From: a virus
Reading direction: 5' to 3' (one strand)
Virus record (IMG/VR): IMGVR_UViG_3300036832_001166
Coordinates: 61,433-125,432 of that record
Length of the DNA stretch: 64,000 nucleotides
The position numbers and the translations under genes are program-made. The first letter of the stretch is position 1; every line of letters starts with the position of its first letter. Below, one piece after another: positions 1 to 9,544 of the stretch. The notes under the pieces were generated by a model. It was not told the DNA's origin. It did no database searches and saw nothing but the letters and a program-made list of their open reading frames with translations.

Positions 1-3000
1 GCTCCATTCCTGACCGGCAAGACGTTCCAGGACATGATCAAGGGCTTCGGCGGCATCTTCCGCGCGAACCTGCCGGGGGTCATGCGAGGGATCGTCAACA
101 TCATCACCGGCCTGGCCAACGCGCTGAAAGTCGTCACCCCGGAGCTGAAGAAGTTCGGGCCGTGGTTCGCGGACTTCACCGACAAGTTTGCGAAGTGGAC
201 GGAGTCGCGGCGGGGCCGCGGCCAGATGAACGACATGATCAGGGCGTTCCGGGAGTGGATGCGGCTGCTCGGCGGCATCGGGCGGTTGCTTGGCGAGATC
301 GTCTCGGGCGGCCAAAAGGGCGGGACGTCGCTCGTGACCAAGATGGCGGACTCGGTCAACAAGCTGGCCGATAACCTGGCTACGCCGCAGGGCAGGAAGG
401 GGACCGCGAACTACTTCAGCAGGGCGCTGGCCGACGCCGACAAGCTGTGGCCGATCCTGCAGAAGCTCGTGGACGCCCTCTCGGGGATCTACAAGATCCT
501 CAAGCCGGTCGGGTCGGCCACCACGTTCATCCTCAGCAAGCTGCCCGCGGGGGCGTTCACGGCGCTGGGGGCCGCATTCCTCGGGTTCAAGATGCTCTCG
601 CCCGCCATCAAGGGCTACAAGGCCGTCAGCGGCTTCTTCACTGGCCGAGACGGCTCGACGCCAACCAAGTCCCTGTGGGTGTCGCTTACTGGCGGCGGTG
701 GCGGCGAGGGCGGTGGCGGCGGCGGTAGCAGCAGGGGCAAGAAGGGCAAGCTGACCGCGGAGGAGGAGCAGCTCGCCAAGGAGGCCGAGAAGAAGCCGGG
801 CTTCTTCGGGCGGTTCTTCCGGCGGATCCCCGGCGTGTCGAAGGTCAGCGACTTCATCACCGGCGGCAAGGAGGGCGCGTCGCTGCTCTCGCGGATCCCG
901 GGCGTCGGCAAGATCACCGGCTTCGGTTCTAAGGCAGCGGGCCTGTTCGGGAAGATCCCCGGACTCTCAAAGCTCGGGAAGGTCGGGGAGATCGCCGGGA
1001 AGGTCGGCTCGCACCTCCCGCTCCTCAGCCTTCTCGCGATGGGGTACGGCGCGGCCGCGTCGCCCGAGAACGCGTCGGCCGCCGGGCGGATCTCTGGCGC
1101 GGCCGAGATGGTCGACCCGACGTCACTCCTGAGCCTCATTCCTGGTCTTGGCGGGTTCCGCGGCGTGGCGGGCTCGATCCTGCATCCGCTTGCGAGCAGC
1201 GGCGGCGCAGGCGGCGTCGCTGCTGGTGCGCTCGGCGGCGCCACGATCGGCGGGACCCTCGGCACGTTTGTCGCCCCCGGGCTCGGTACGGCGATCGGCG
1301 CCGGGATCGGCGGGGTGGCGGGCGGCCTCGGTTCGCTCCTGTTCGGTAGCGGTCCGAACCGGCAGCAGCAGCAGGCCGACCAGGGCCTGAAGAGCTTCGG
1401 GAACCGGATCAAGGGCGTGAAGGACGACCTGGCCGAGTTGACACCCAAGCAGCTCCAGGCGCTGAGGAGCTGGGCGACGCAGCTCGCCAACGACAAGCAC
1501 CTCAGCAAGTACCGGGACCAGATCCTGGATGTGCGCGATGCGCTGAAGAATCCGACCACGGGGCTGCCAAGCGCGCTGGACAAGGTCGCGCCCGCGTTCG
1601 ACTACATGAAGAGGGGCGCCGGGAAGAGCCTCGACGCGATCCAGGTCATGACGAACTTTGCTGTCCAGGAGATTCAGAAGACGCTGCCCGCGGGCTCCAA
1701 GGCCGCGACCGATGCGCTGGCGGTCAACTACTCGATCGCCGCGGACGATGTGAAGGCGTCGATGAAGGACGGTGTCGTCAAGAACACCCGGGAGGGCATC
1801 GCGGAGGTCAACCGGCTGATGGCCGAGGCGTTCAAGCAGCTCGGCATTAGCCCGGCGACCGCGAAGAAGCTCGCAGCCCAGGGCTGGTCGCTGAAGGCCA
1901 TCACCAGCGCTGGGTCAAGCGCGCAGAAGTCGGGCCTGACCGGCTCGGGGGGCGGCCTGACCGGGTCGACGGTCAGCGGGCAGTCCTACCAGTACGCGGC
2001 GGGCGGACGGATCCCCGGACGGGCACGCGGCGATCACATCCCGCTCTACGGCCGCGGCGGCGGCCTGCTCGGGATCGCTGACGGCGGCGAGCTGGTCGTC
2101 AACCGGCATACCGAGAGCCGCATCAACCGCAAGCTGGCGGCATACGGGACAACGCTCGGCAAGGAGGTCGCGAGCGAGACCAAGCCGCATTACCAGACGG
2201 GCAGCTACGCGCACGGCGGACGCGTCCAGGGCTACCAGACCGGCGGGGTCGTCGGGCAGATCAACGCGCTGGCGTCGGCCGCCGGGTTCAACCGGATCGC
2301 GATCGCCGGGCTGCTCGGCAATGCGATGCAGGAGTCGAGCCTGAACCCGAACACGCCCGGCGGCGGCCTGTGGCAGCAGATCTCCAACTTCGGTCAAGGC
2401 ACCGGCGGCTCGGTCGCGCAGCAGTGGGCGCGCATGCTCCCGCAGATCACCGGGCTGCGCGCGGCAATGAACGCGGCAGGCACGCCCGGCGCCGCCGCGA
2501 CCATCTTCGAACAGGGGTTTGAGAAGGCGGGCATCCCAGCCCTGGCCAACCGCATCCGGTACGCAAACGCGGCGTTCGCAGGCAAGCTCGGCAAGATCAC
2601 CGGCGGCGGAGGTGGCGGAGGCGGCGTCTCCATTCCGCTCCTGAGACCACCGAACGTCGGCGGCCAGGCGTTCCAGCACGCGCTTGGTCAAGCGACCGTC
2701 AACCAGTACACCGGCGCTGCGAACTACGTGCTGCAGCGGGTCGCGGCTTCGATGGGCGGCGGTGGTGGTGGCATCGGCATGGGCGGCGCGATCCCACGCG
2801 GCGCAGCGGGCACGGTCATGGACCCGTCCGGCAAGCCGGTCGCGGGATGGATCGAGCCGATCCTGGCATGGGCTCGCACGCACGGCTGGTCGGGCACGGT
2901 CACCAGCGGCTACCGCAGCTACGCGCAGCAGGCCGCGATCTACAACTCGGGCGTGCGCCCCGCCGCGGTGCCCGGCACCAGCAACCATGAGGGCACCGTC

Positions 3001-3387
3001 TACCCGCGCGGCGCGGTGGACGTCAGCAACGCGTCAGGGCTGTCCCGCGTGCTTCTGAGCGGCCCGTACGGGTCCACGCTGGTCTGGGCGGGGGCCAAGG
3101 ACCCGGTCCACTTCTCGCACCCGCACGGCGGCTCCTACGGGCTCGGCGGGCGCGTTCCGTGGTTCGCTGGGGGCGCCGACTTCATTGCGAGCCGTCCGCA
3201 GCTCATCGGCGTTGGCGACCGCCCCGGCGGCGAGCGCGTCCAGGTCACCCCGGCTGGAGGGCGCACCGGCGGCGGCGGGCATCACATCGAGATCCACAAG
3301 ATCGAGGTCAACCGCAAGGGTGACATCCAGAGGATCGTTGATGAGGAGCTGCGGCTTCTCGCTGACTCGCTGGACAGGCAGAGCTGA
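1..3387 (+). CDS. Tail tape measure protein (5' end lies outside the window) with C-terminal phage-tail-lysozyme-like and M15 peptidase domains
   Basis: Long Ala/Gly-rich helical ORF open from the window start. Contains AGLLGNAMQESSLNP (phage tail lysozyme-like) and SGYRSYAQQ...PGTSNHEG...AVDV (M15/VanY-type Zn peptidase). Lies directly upstream of the baseplate genes. Confidence 0.9.
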   Translation, partial: APFLTGKTFQDMIKGFGGIFRANLPGVMRGIVNIITGLANALKVVTPELKKFGPWFADFTDKFAKWTESRRGRGQMNDMIRAFREWMRLLGGIGRLLGEIVSGGQKGGTSLVTKMADSVNKLADNLATPQGRKGTANYFSRALADADKLWPILQKLVDALSGIYKILKPVGSATTFILSKLPAGAFTALGAAFLGFKMLSPAIKGYKAVSGFFTGRDGSTPTKSLWVSLTGGGGGEGGGGGGSSRGKKGKLTAEEEQLAKEAEKKPGFFGRFFRRIPGVSKVSDFITGGKEGASLLSRIPGVGKITGFGSKAAGLFGKIPGLSKLGKVGEIAGKVGSHLPLLSLLAMGYGAAASPENASAAGRISGAAEMVDPTSLLSLIPGLGGFRGVAGSILHPLASSGGAGGVAAGALGGATIGGTLGTFVAPGLGTAIGAGIGGVAGGLGSLLFGSGPNRQQQQADQGLKSFGNRIKGVKDDLAELTPKQLQALRSWATQLANDKHLSKYRDQILDVRDALKNPTTGLPSALDKVAPAFDYMKRGAGKSLDAIQVMTNFAVQEIQKTLPAGSKAATDALAVNYSIAADDVKASMKDGVVKNTREGIAEVNRLMAEAFKQLGISPATAKKLAAQGWSLKAITSAGSSAQKSGLTGSGGGLTGSTVSGQSYQYAAGGRIPGRARGDHIPLYGRGGGLLGIADGGELVVNRHTESRINRKLAAYGTTLGKEVASETKPHYQTGSYAHGGRVQGYQTGGVVGQINALASAAGFNRIAIAGLLGNAMQESSLNPNTPGGGLWQQISNFGQGTGGSVAQQWARMLPQITGLRAAMNAAGTPGAAATIFEQGFEKAGIPALANRIRYANAAFAGKLGKITGGGGGGGGVSIPLLRPPNVGGQAFQHALGQATVNQYTGAANYVLQRVAASMGGGGGGIGMGGAIPRGAAGTVMDPSGKPVAGWIEPILAWARTHGWSGTVTSGYRSYAQQAAIYNSGVRPAAVPGTSNHEGTVYPRGAVDVSNASGLSRVLLSGPYGSTLVWAGAKDPVHFSHPHGGSYGLGGRVPWFAGGADFIASRPQLIGVGDRPGGERVQVTPAGGRTGGGGHHIEIHKIEVNRKGDIQRIVDEELRLLADSLDRQS

Positions 3388-4280
3388 TGGCCGTCAGCAA
3401 CCAGGAGTCGAGAAGCGATGGTCTGAAGGTGACGATCTCCGCGTTCGGCAACGGGCTGACCGTCAACAAGCAGGGCCGTCCGCTGCTGCCGCGCCCGTTC
3501 GTGTTCCAGTGCCCGCCGCTGGAGCAGTTCACGATCGCGCACCAGCAGAACTTCGGCACCTACGACACCATCGACGACGACCAGTACTCGCGCCGCGGCT
3601 CGCGTCAGCTCGACACCTGGTCGTTCGACACGCTGGCCATGTACCTCGGCGTCGACGCGCAGGGCCGCTACGAGCCGAGCTGGGTGCCGTACCCGACCCG
3701 CGAGTCGCATGGCTTGCAGTACCAGGCGCCAGAGTGGTACCGCAAGCAGCTCTGGGATCTGCACGATGCCGGGTCGCCGTTCCGCTTCGTCGCCGCGTTC
3801 AAGCGGTCCACAACGATCCGCCGCACGTACGCGACGCTGACCGCCTTCAACGAGGACTACAAGCACGGCGAGGGTGACGTGATCTACTTCAGTGCGGTCA
3901 GCTTCCAGGAGTGGCGCGACCCGGGCGACGCGTCACAACCCAAGCCCCGCGGCTCGGACAAGCTGCCCGCGCACGTGCGCTTCCGCTTCACCGGCGGACG
4001 CTATCTCGCCTATGACACCGAGACGGGCCGGACCATCCCGGCGCGCGGCGGAGCGGGCACGACCATGAACGATCTCGCGCGCTTCTACTACGGCAACGCG
4101 TCAGACTGGCGGCTGATCGCCAAGGCCAACCACCTACGCGGCGGCAGCGGCCTGACGCAGATCTACAAGCACTGGTATCCGCACCGGATCTCGCGCGGCA
4201 AGCCGAACGCCACGATGACGATCCCCAAGCAGCCACACAAGCCCTCTCCGGCCCGTACTGCCCCGGCCAAGGCGAAGTGA
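3387..4280 (+). CDS. Tail tube initiator / LysM-domain baseplate protein
   Basis: LysM-like TMNDLARFYYGNASDWRLIAKAN near the C-terminus; position between tape measure and hub, as in contractile tails. Confidence 0.75.
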   Translation: MAVSNQESRSDGLKVTISAFGNGLTVNKQGRPLLPRPFVFQCPPLEQFTIAHQQNFGTYDTIDDDQYSRRGSRQLDTWSFDTLAMYLGVDAQGRYEPSWVPYPTRESHGLQYQAPEWYRKQLWDLHDAGSPFRFVAAFKRSTTIRRTYATLTAFNEDYKHGEGDVIYFSAVSFQEWRDPGDASQPKPRGSDKLPAHVRFRFTGGRYLAYDTETGRTIPARGGAGTTMNDLARFYYGNASDWRLIAKANHLRGGSGLTQIYKHWYPHRISRGKPNATMTIPKQPHKPSPARTAPAKAK

Positions 4281-4281
4281 C

Positions 4282-5829
4282 ATGGCCGCCACGATCAGCG
4301 CTGCCGAGCGCCACCAGGAGGTCCGCTTTGAGGACATGGTCGTCGATCAGCTTGAGCACACGATCACGACGCCCGACCTCTGGAAGACGCGCGTGCGAGT
4401 GGTGGCCCGCACCGTCGACGGGAACCAGGACATCTCCAAGCTGTGCGACACCCTGAACTGGCAGGACCAGTCCACCGACGATCTGCGCAACATCAACACG
4501 CAGGCGGCGATGACCGGCTCGATCACGCTGAACAAGCCCGCGCTGCGCCAGTACGCCAAGCTGCTGGCCCCAGCGTTCTCCGCGCGCATCGTCAACGGCA
4601 CCGACCGGTGGGGTGCGATGGGGATCGTGATCATCTGCCAGGTCGGCTACGGCAAGCACTACACGAACATCTGGGCGATGCGCGTTGGGCCTGGCTACGA
4701 CACGGGGATCGCGGAGACGGTGACGCTGTCGAGCGGCAGTGACACGCTGAACCTCGCCGACGATCTGTGGACGCTCGCGCAGACCGTCGCCGACTTCAAG
4801 TACACGAAGGGCAAGGTGTCACGCAAGAACGGCTGGCGTTGTCACGAGATCGCCCATGACGTGTGTCAGCGCTACCGGGTGCCGGTCCGCGCGCTGTCGC
4901 AAGGCACCGCCTACTTCTCGATGGCGGCGTCAAGCACGAAGCTGACGTCGCCGGTGCATGTGATTACCCGCGCCTACCAGGAGGAGACCAAGCGCACCGG
5001 GCGCACGTTCATCATCCGCTGGGGAGCGCCCGACAAGAAGTTCCCGTTCGGAGCGCTGGAGGTGGTCCCCATGCGCCGCAACCGCAACCTCACGAAGTTC
5101 CGCCAGCAGCTCCTCGACGCGACGCTCACCCGCAACCAGGCTGTCGGCTTCGCGACCGTGATCCTGGCGCGCGGAACGATGAAGGGGCCGAAGGGCAAGA
5201 AGACGCAGAAGGTCACCGCGACGGTCACCTCAGATGCGGCGATCCGACGGTTCGGGTTCATCCGCAAGACGATCGACTTCGGCACCGTCTCCTCCCGGCT
5301 GGAGCTGCAGATCCTGGCGCAGCGCACGCTCGCGCAGCGCCTGTCGCCGATCCGTACCGCCGAGCTGAACCATCCGGGGATCGCGACGATCCGCCGCGGC
5401 GACGCCGTCCACATTGACCTGCCCGAGGAGGGGTACTCGGACTCGTGGCTGGCCTCGCTGGCGACACCGGGCACCAAGGGCGACCACTCCAAGGCGCTGA
5501 TCGCAGCGCTGACGGCCGCGGAGAAGAGCGACCCGACGATGTTCGGCCTACCGGACCCGACGCTTGCTGCCCAGGCCGCCAGCGCGACGCCTGCCGCGAA
5601 CGCGCCCGCGTTCATGCCGGTCGCCAACCAGGGGATCGCGTTCGTCACCTCTGCCGCGCACTCGGTGTCGGCCGGGAGCTACACGATGGATCTCACGACG
5701 AGCTTCATCGACGTTCTCGACCCGCGCGAGGTGCGGGCGCAGGTGGACAAGACGGTCCGCGCCTGGAAGGCGTCGCAGGCGACGACGCCGTCCAAGACCG
5801 CGAAGGCCAAGCAGGCGAAGAAGAAGTAG
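4282..5829 (+). CDS. Baseplate hub protein (XkdQ/gp27-like)
   Basis: Size, synteny, and motifs such as EIAHDVCQRYRVPV and AIRRFGFIRK...IRRGDAVHI, typical of XkdQ-like hubs. Confidence 0.7.
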   Translation: MAATISAAERHQEVRFEDMVVDQLEHTITTPDLWKTRVRVVARTVDGNQDISKLCDTLNWQDQSTDDLRNINTQAAMTGSITLNKPALRQYAKLLAPAFSARIVNGTDRWGAMGIVIICQVGYGKHYTNIWAMRVGPGYDTGIAETVTLSSGSDTLNLADDLWTLAQTVADFKYTKGKVSRKNGWRCHEIAHDVCQRYRVPVRALSQGTAYFSMAASSTKLTSPVHVITRAYQEETKRTGRTFIIRWGAPDKKFPFGALEVVPMRRNRNLTKFRQQLLDATLTRNQAVGFATVILARGTMKGPKGKKTQKVTATVTSDAAIRRFGFIRKTIDFGTVSSRLELQILAQRTLAQRLSPIRTAELNHPGIATIRRGDAVHIDLPEEGYSDSWLASLATPGTKGDHSKALIAALTAAEKSDPTMFGLPDPTLAAQAASATPAANAPAFMPVANQGIAFVTSAAHSVSAGSYTMDLTTSFIDVLDPREVRAQVDKTVRAWKASQATTPSKTAKAKQAKKK

Positions 5830-6177
5830 ATGCTCGGACCCGAACCGCTCGTGCTTGCTGGACGTCAGGCATTCCCGGATGCGCAGCAGGACTTCCTGGG
5901 CGTGGTCGCTCCGCTCGGCTTCTTCGCTGTGAGCTGGTACGGCACCGCGGTGTCGGATGAGCGCGGCAGCTTCGGCGTCGTGGATCCAGCGATGGGGCTC
6001 GCTGCCTCCGTTGGCGATGTCGTCGAGGTCGGCTACGGCGGCCGCACCGTCCGCGTGTATGTGATCGGCTCTCAGGCGGGGCTCGGCACCGACCTTGGCA
6101 TCACCCGGCGCTGCTACCTGGCGCTGGCACTGCTCGTGGTCGAGCCGATCACCGCGACGGTGGGCACGGTCTCGTGA
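5830..6177 (+). CDS. RlpA-like double-psi beta-barrel protein (putative lytic transglycosylase)
   Basis: AVSWYG...VGDVVEVGYGGRTVRVYVI...TDLGITRRCYLAL follows the RlpA/DPBB pattern ASWYG...GRSVxVxV...IDLSxxAxxxL. Confidence 0.5.
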   Translation: MLGPEPLVLAGRQAFPDAQQDFLGVVAPLGFFAVSWYGTAVSDERGSFGVVDPAMGLAASVGDVVEVGYGGRTVRVYVIGSQAGLGTDLGITRRCYLALALLVVEPITATVGTVS

Positions 6178-6881
6178 GCGGACGGCTGGCTCTGCGCGAC
6201 GCGCTCGGCAATCACGCCAAGCGCCTCGTTGATCGTCACAGGGGCTCGCACTGGGCAACGGTGTCGGACACGAGCCCGCTGACGCTCGACATGCACGACT
6301 ACGACCATCCGCTGTTCTACGGCGACGACTTCGAGCTGTCGCAGTCGGTCACCAGCTACCGCCAGGCGGTCAGCCTGTTCGTCGGCGACCTGGTGCTGCT
6401 GCAGGAGATTGGTGATGCCTGGGTGGCGGTCGACGTCGTCTCTGAGCGAGCCGTCCCGGCGCTCGGTAGCGTGCCTCCCGCTGCGCCCAAGCCCGCCTTC
6501 ATCCCCTTCGCTCAGCAGGGGTTGTACGCCGCGAGCTGGTCGGACTACGACACGTCCGGGGGCTACCAGATCGGCAGCTTCGTGCTCGACAGGAGCTGGA
6601 TGTCGCTGCGCGGGCTGGTCAAGAAGGCCACGGCGTACGTCGCTGCCGACGTCGTCGCCACGCTAACGCCAGGGTTCCGGCCGGGGCAGACCGAGATATT
6701 CGATTGCATGGCCTACGACTCGGTGATGGGCATCTTCGTCTGCCGCGTCGATGTGGTCGGCGGCACAGGGGCCAGCGCCGGGCAGATCCAGGTCGCGGGC
6801 AACAACGTCCCGAACTTCTCTCCGGCGGGCAACATGGGCTGGCTGTCGCTCGCGAAGATCCGCTTCCTCCAGGAGCGCTGA
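6174..6881 (+). CDS. Baseplate spike-like protein with tail-fibre-type C-terminal domain
   Basis: N-terminal OB-like region after the hub; C-terminal SLRGLVK...VATLTPGFRP motif common at phage fibre C-termini; GTG start overlapping the upstream stop. Confidence 0.55.
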   Translation: MSGRLALRDALGNHAKRLVDRHRGSHWATVSDTSPLTLDMHDYDHPLFYGDDFELSQSVTSYRQAVSLFVGDLVLLQEIGDAWVAVDVVSERAVPALGSVPPAAPKPAFIPFAQQGLYAASWSDYDTSGGYQIGSFVLDRSWMSLRGLVKKATAYVAADVVATLTPGFRPGQTEIFDCMAYDSVMGIFVCRVDVVGGTGASAGQIQVAGNNVPNFSPAGNMGWLSLAKIRFLQER

Positions 6882-6886
6882 GTGCG

Positions 6887-7312
6887 TTGCCCGACATCTA
6901 CCTCGGCGGCACCCAGATGTTGCGCCACGGACTCGGGGCCAACGGCAGCTTGGTCACCGTTCCCGGCGGTGGCTGGGGCGGCACGTTGGGTCCCGGGTTC
7001 ACGCTGCTGTTCCAGTGGCCGGTCACGGTCACCTGCCCGGACGGCAGCTACATCTTCGGACGCACCGAGTTCAGCGCCTACGGCAGCGGCCTGGTTCTCG
7101 AAGGGTGCGCGCAGGAGAACGGCGCCGGGCTCGTCGGCTGGGGCAAGCAGTACACCTATGGGTGGCGGCAGCAGTTCGCCTACACCTGGTACGTGGGACG
7201 CCTCAGCCCCGGCGCGCACACGATCAACAGCGGCGTCTACGTCGAGGCTGGGACGATCTCGTTCGACGGCAACGCGGGTGGCACGTCGCTGGCGTGGGAG
7301 ATGCCAGCGTGA
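6887..7312 (+). CDS. Minor tail protein, paralog A of three (start uncertain: 6878, 6887 or 6917)
   Basis: Real part of ORF 6704..7312; shares GGWGG...GAHTINSG...FDGNAGGTSLAWE with the next two genes. Confidence 0.65.
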   Translation: MPDIYLGGTQMLRHGLGANGSLVTVPGGGWGGTLGPGFTLLFQWPVTVTCPDGSYIFGRTEFSAYGSGLVLEGCAQENGAGLVGWGKQYTYGWRQQFAYTWYVGRLSPGAHTINSGVYVEAGTISFDGNAGGTSLAWEMPA

Positions 7313-7737
7313 GTCCGAGCCAGATCATCGCGGGCGCCAGCCAGCTCAGCGAGCGGGTGCTCGGCCAGAGCATCATCAACGAGGCTGGCGGCGGCTGGGC
7401 GGGCGGGTTCACGGGCCGCGTCGGGCTCAAGCAGCATTCGCTCACCGTGACCAACCCGGCGGGCGCGACGGTCCAGGGGGTCATGGACCTGACGTGCTAC
7501 ACGGGGATCGGCGGGTCGGTCATCCAGGGCAGCCTGTCGGTCGACGGTGGCGGTCAGAGCGTCTGGGGCATTCTGTACTGGAACCTCGTCAGCACCCACT
7601 TTCACTTCTGGTGGCCCTGGTCGGTAGCGGTCGGCCCGGGCGCGCACACGTTCAACGTCGGGATCTGGGTGGCGGCCGGGAACGTCTACTTCGACTCAAA
7701 CGACGGCGGCACCTCGGTGTGCTGGGAGCGGATATGA
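7309..7737 (+). CDS. Minor tail protein, paralog B of three
   Basis: GTGA-coupled start; GGWAG...GAHTFNVG...FDSNDGGTSVCWE. Confidence 0.7.
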   Translation: MSPSQIIAGASQLSERVLGQSIINEAGGGWAGGFTGRVGLKQHSLTVTNPAGATVQGVMDLTCYTGIGGSVIQGSLSVDGGGQSVWGILYWNLVSTHFHFWWPWSVAVGPGAHTFNVGIWVAAGNVYFDSNDGGTSVCWERI

Positions 7738-8165
7738 GCAAGATCCTGCTCGGCGGCGTGGAGATGTGCGAGCACGGCCTCGGCCACGACGTTCAGAACA
7801 GTTGGGGCGGCTGGGCGGGCTCGTTCGGCGTCGGCGGCGTGGGCCTGTTCAACCACTCGATCACGATCAAGCGCGACGGTGGCGCGCCCGTCTACGGCAT
7901 CACCACGTTCACCGGCTACAGCGCCCCGAGCACGATCCCCGGGATCGGTGGCGCGATCTGGATCGACGGCGCGTTCTACGGCGTCGTCTGGGGCGGCGAG
8001 TACCCCGGCTCGGGCAGCACGCACTGGCCGCACACGTTCGAGTGGTGGACCCCGCCGCTGGCGAAGGGCGCGCACACCCTCAACGCGGGCGCCTACGTCA
8101 TCAACCCGACCTGGGTGTTCGACGCCAACGACGGCGGCGTGTCGATCTGCTGGGAGCACCCATGA
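7734..8165 (+). CDS. Minor tail protein, paralog C of three
   Basis: ATGA-coupled start; GGWAG...GAHTLNAG...FDANDGGVSICWE. Confidence 0.7.
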   Translation: MSKILLGGVEMCEHGLGHDVQNSWGGWAGSFGVGGVGLFNHSITIKRDGGAPVYGITTFTGYSAPSTIPGIGGAIWIDGAFYGVVWGGEYPGSGSTHWPHTFEWWTPPLAKGAHTLNAGAYVINPTWVFDANDGGVSICWEHP

Positions 8166-8416
8166 GCGCCCTGCCCGACGCCTACTGGCACACCGACCTC
8201 ACCACCGCCGACGTCCACTGCTGGTGGGATGCCGCGGGTGAGCCGACGCATGAGCTGAGCGCCGACTGCCCATGCGGGCCGACCGGCTACACCGTCGCCG
8301 AGCACGCCTCGGCCGCCGGGGGCACCATCCCGCAGCACGACGTCTACGTCCACCAGGCGGTCGCGACCGACCTTCCGCCAGTCCCCGTCGACCTCACCGC
8401 GGCGATCGCCATATGA
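8162..8416 (+). CDS. Small hypothetical tail-module protein (His/Cys motif HELSADCPCGP)
   Basis: ATGA coupling at both ends; N-terminus MSALPDAY resembles SALPDIY of paralog A. Confidence 0.55.
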   Translation: MSALPDAYWHTDLTTADVHCWWDAAGEPTHELSADCPCGPTGYTVAEHASAAGGTIPQHDVYVHQAVATDLPPVPVDLTAAIAI

Positions 8417-9000
8417 GCGACTACGCGATCGTCAACACCAACGCCACGCCCGGCGACGTCGTCCAGATCGTCACCCACGACCCGGGCGTGGCGAGCTTCC
8501 CCAACCCCACCAGCCCCGAACTGGAGTGGGTTGACGTCACCGACCTCGCGCCGCAGCCCGAGATCGGCTGGACCTACGACGGCACCACGTTCACGCAGTC
8601 CCAGGCCGCCCAGAACGCCGCCAGCACACTCGCCGCCAACGCGACGTTCCTCGGCCTGGCGAGCCCGAACAGCGCGCAGGTGGCCGCTCAGGTCAAGGCG
8701 CTGACATCTCAGGTCAGCGCGCTCATCGAGCAAACCTCCCTGCCTCTGCGCAAGGTCACCGCGGTCACCCCCGCGGAGGGTCCTGTTACGGGCGCGACCG
8801 CGGTCACGCTGACCGGCGTCGGCTTCACCGGCATCACCGCTGTCACGTTCGGGGGCGTGGCTGCCACCGGGCTCGCGGTGGTCGACGACGCGACGATCAC
8901 CTGCCAGACACCCGCAGGGAAGAAGGGCACGGTCGACGTGCAGGCGCTCGACGGCTCGCGGGGCAGCCCCATCCTTCCGAGCGGCTTCACGTACGTGTGA
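8413..9000 (+). CDS. Tail protein with C-terminal IPT/TIG (Ig-like) domain
   Basis: VTAVTPAEGPVTGATAVTLTGVGFTGITAVTFGG...VVDDATITCQTP...FTY is a typical IPT/TIG pattern. Confidence 0.75.
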   Translation: MSDYAIVNTNATPGDVVQIVTHDPGVASFPNPTSPELEWVDVTDLAPQPEIGWTYDGTTFTQSQAAQNAASTLAANATFLGLASPNSAQVAAQVKALTSQVSALIEQTSLPLRKVTAVTPAEGPVTGATAVTLTGVGFTGITAVTFGGVAATGLAVVDDATITCQTPAGKKGTVDVQALDGSRGSPILPSGFTYV

Positions 9001-9010
9001 GGAGACCGAG

Positions 9011-9544
9011 ATGAGCACCATCGAACCCAACGCTCTCGACTACGACCTGATCCCGCCCGACCCGGGGCTGATCAACCCGGATCTCGCGCTCGACGCTGCG
9101 CTCGCGCCCGTCGAGGATCCGGAGACGGACGCGCCGATCCCGTTCGGCAAGAGCTGGCGGTTTGACTTCATCGCCGGACAGTTCGTGCGCAACGGAACCG
9201 CGCCGCAGGAGACCTACGAGCTGGACAGCCTGATCATGTGGATCGAGAAGGCGGCGCGCACCGACCGCTACGCCCACCCGATGTACTCCGACGCGTACGG
9301 CGTCGAGGGCCCGCTGGACCTAATCGGCGTGCAGGCCGACGACGACCAACTCTCCGCCTACCAGGACGCGCTCACTGATGCGCTGCTGGTCCACGACCGG
9401 ATCACCGCCGTCGAGGACTTCAACTTCAGCCAGGATCCGTTTGACGAGGTGCTCTACGCATCCTTCACAGTGGTCGTGGATGCGGCGCCGCCGCTGGAGG
9501 CCCAGCCGCTGGAGTTCTCAAACATCCCCATCACCGGCTCATGA
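9011..9544 (+). CDS. Baseplate wedge subunit (XkdS/gp46/gp25-like)
   Basis: FGKSWRFDF...MWIEKAART.RY..PMYS..YG...DALLVHDRITAVEDF; GGAG RBS; immediately before baseplate J. Confidence 0.8.
   Translation: MSTIEPNALDYDLIPPDPGLINPDLALDAALAPVEDPETDAPIPFGKSWRFDFIAGQFVRNGTAPQETYELDSLIMWIEKAARTDRYAHPMYSDAYGVEGPLDLIGVQADDDQLSAYQDALTDALLVHDRITAVEDFNFSQDPFDEVLYASFTVVVDAAPPLEAQPLEFSNIPITGS

Noticed and set aside
700-2780. GGC-rich runs in the tape measure gene as further GGY-NN arrays
   Set aside because: The period is 3 nt (poly-Gly codons), not 5 nt.
6878-8165. Diversity-generating retroelement acting on the three tail paralogs
   Set aside because: There is no reverse transcriptase in the window and no near-identical template/variable repeat pair differing only at adenines; the paralogs are too divergent.
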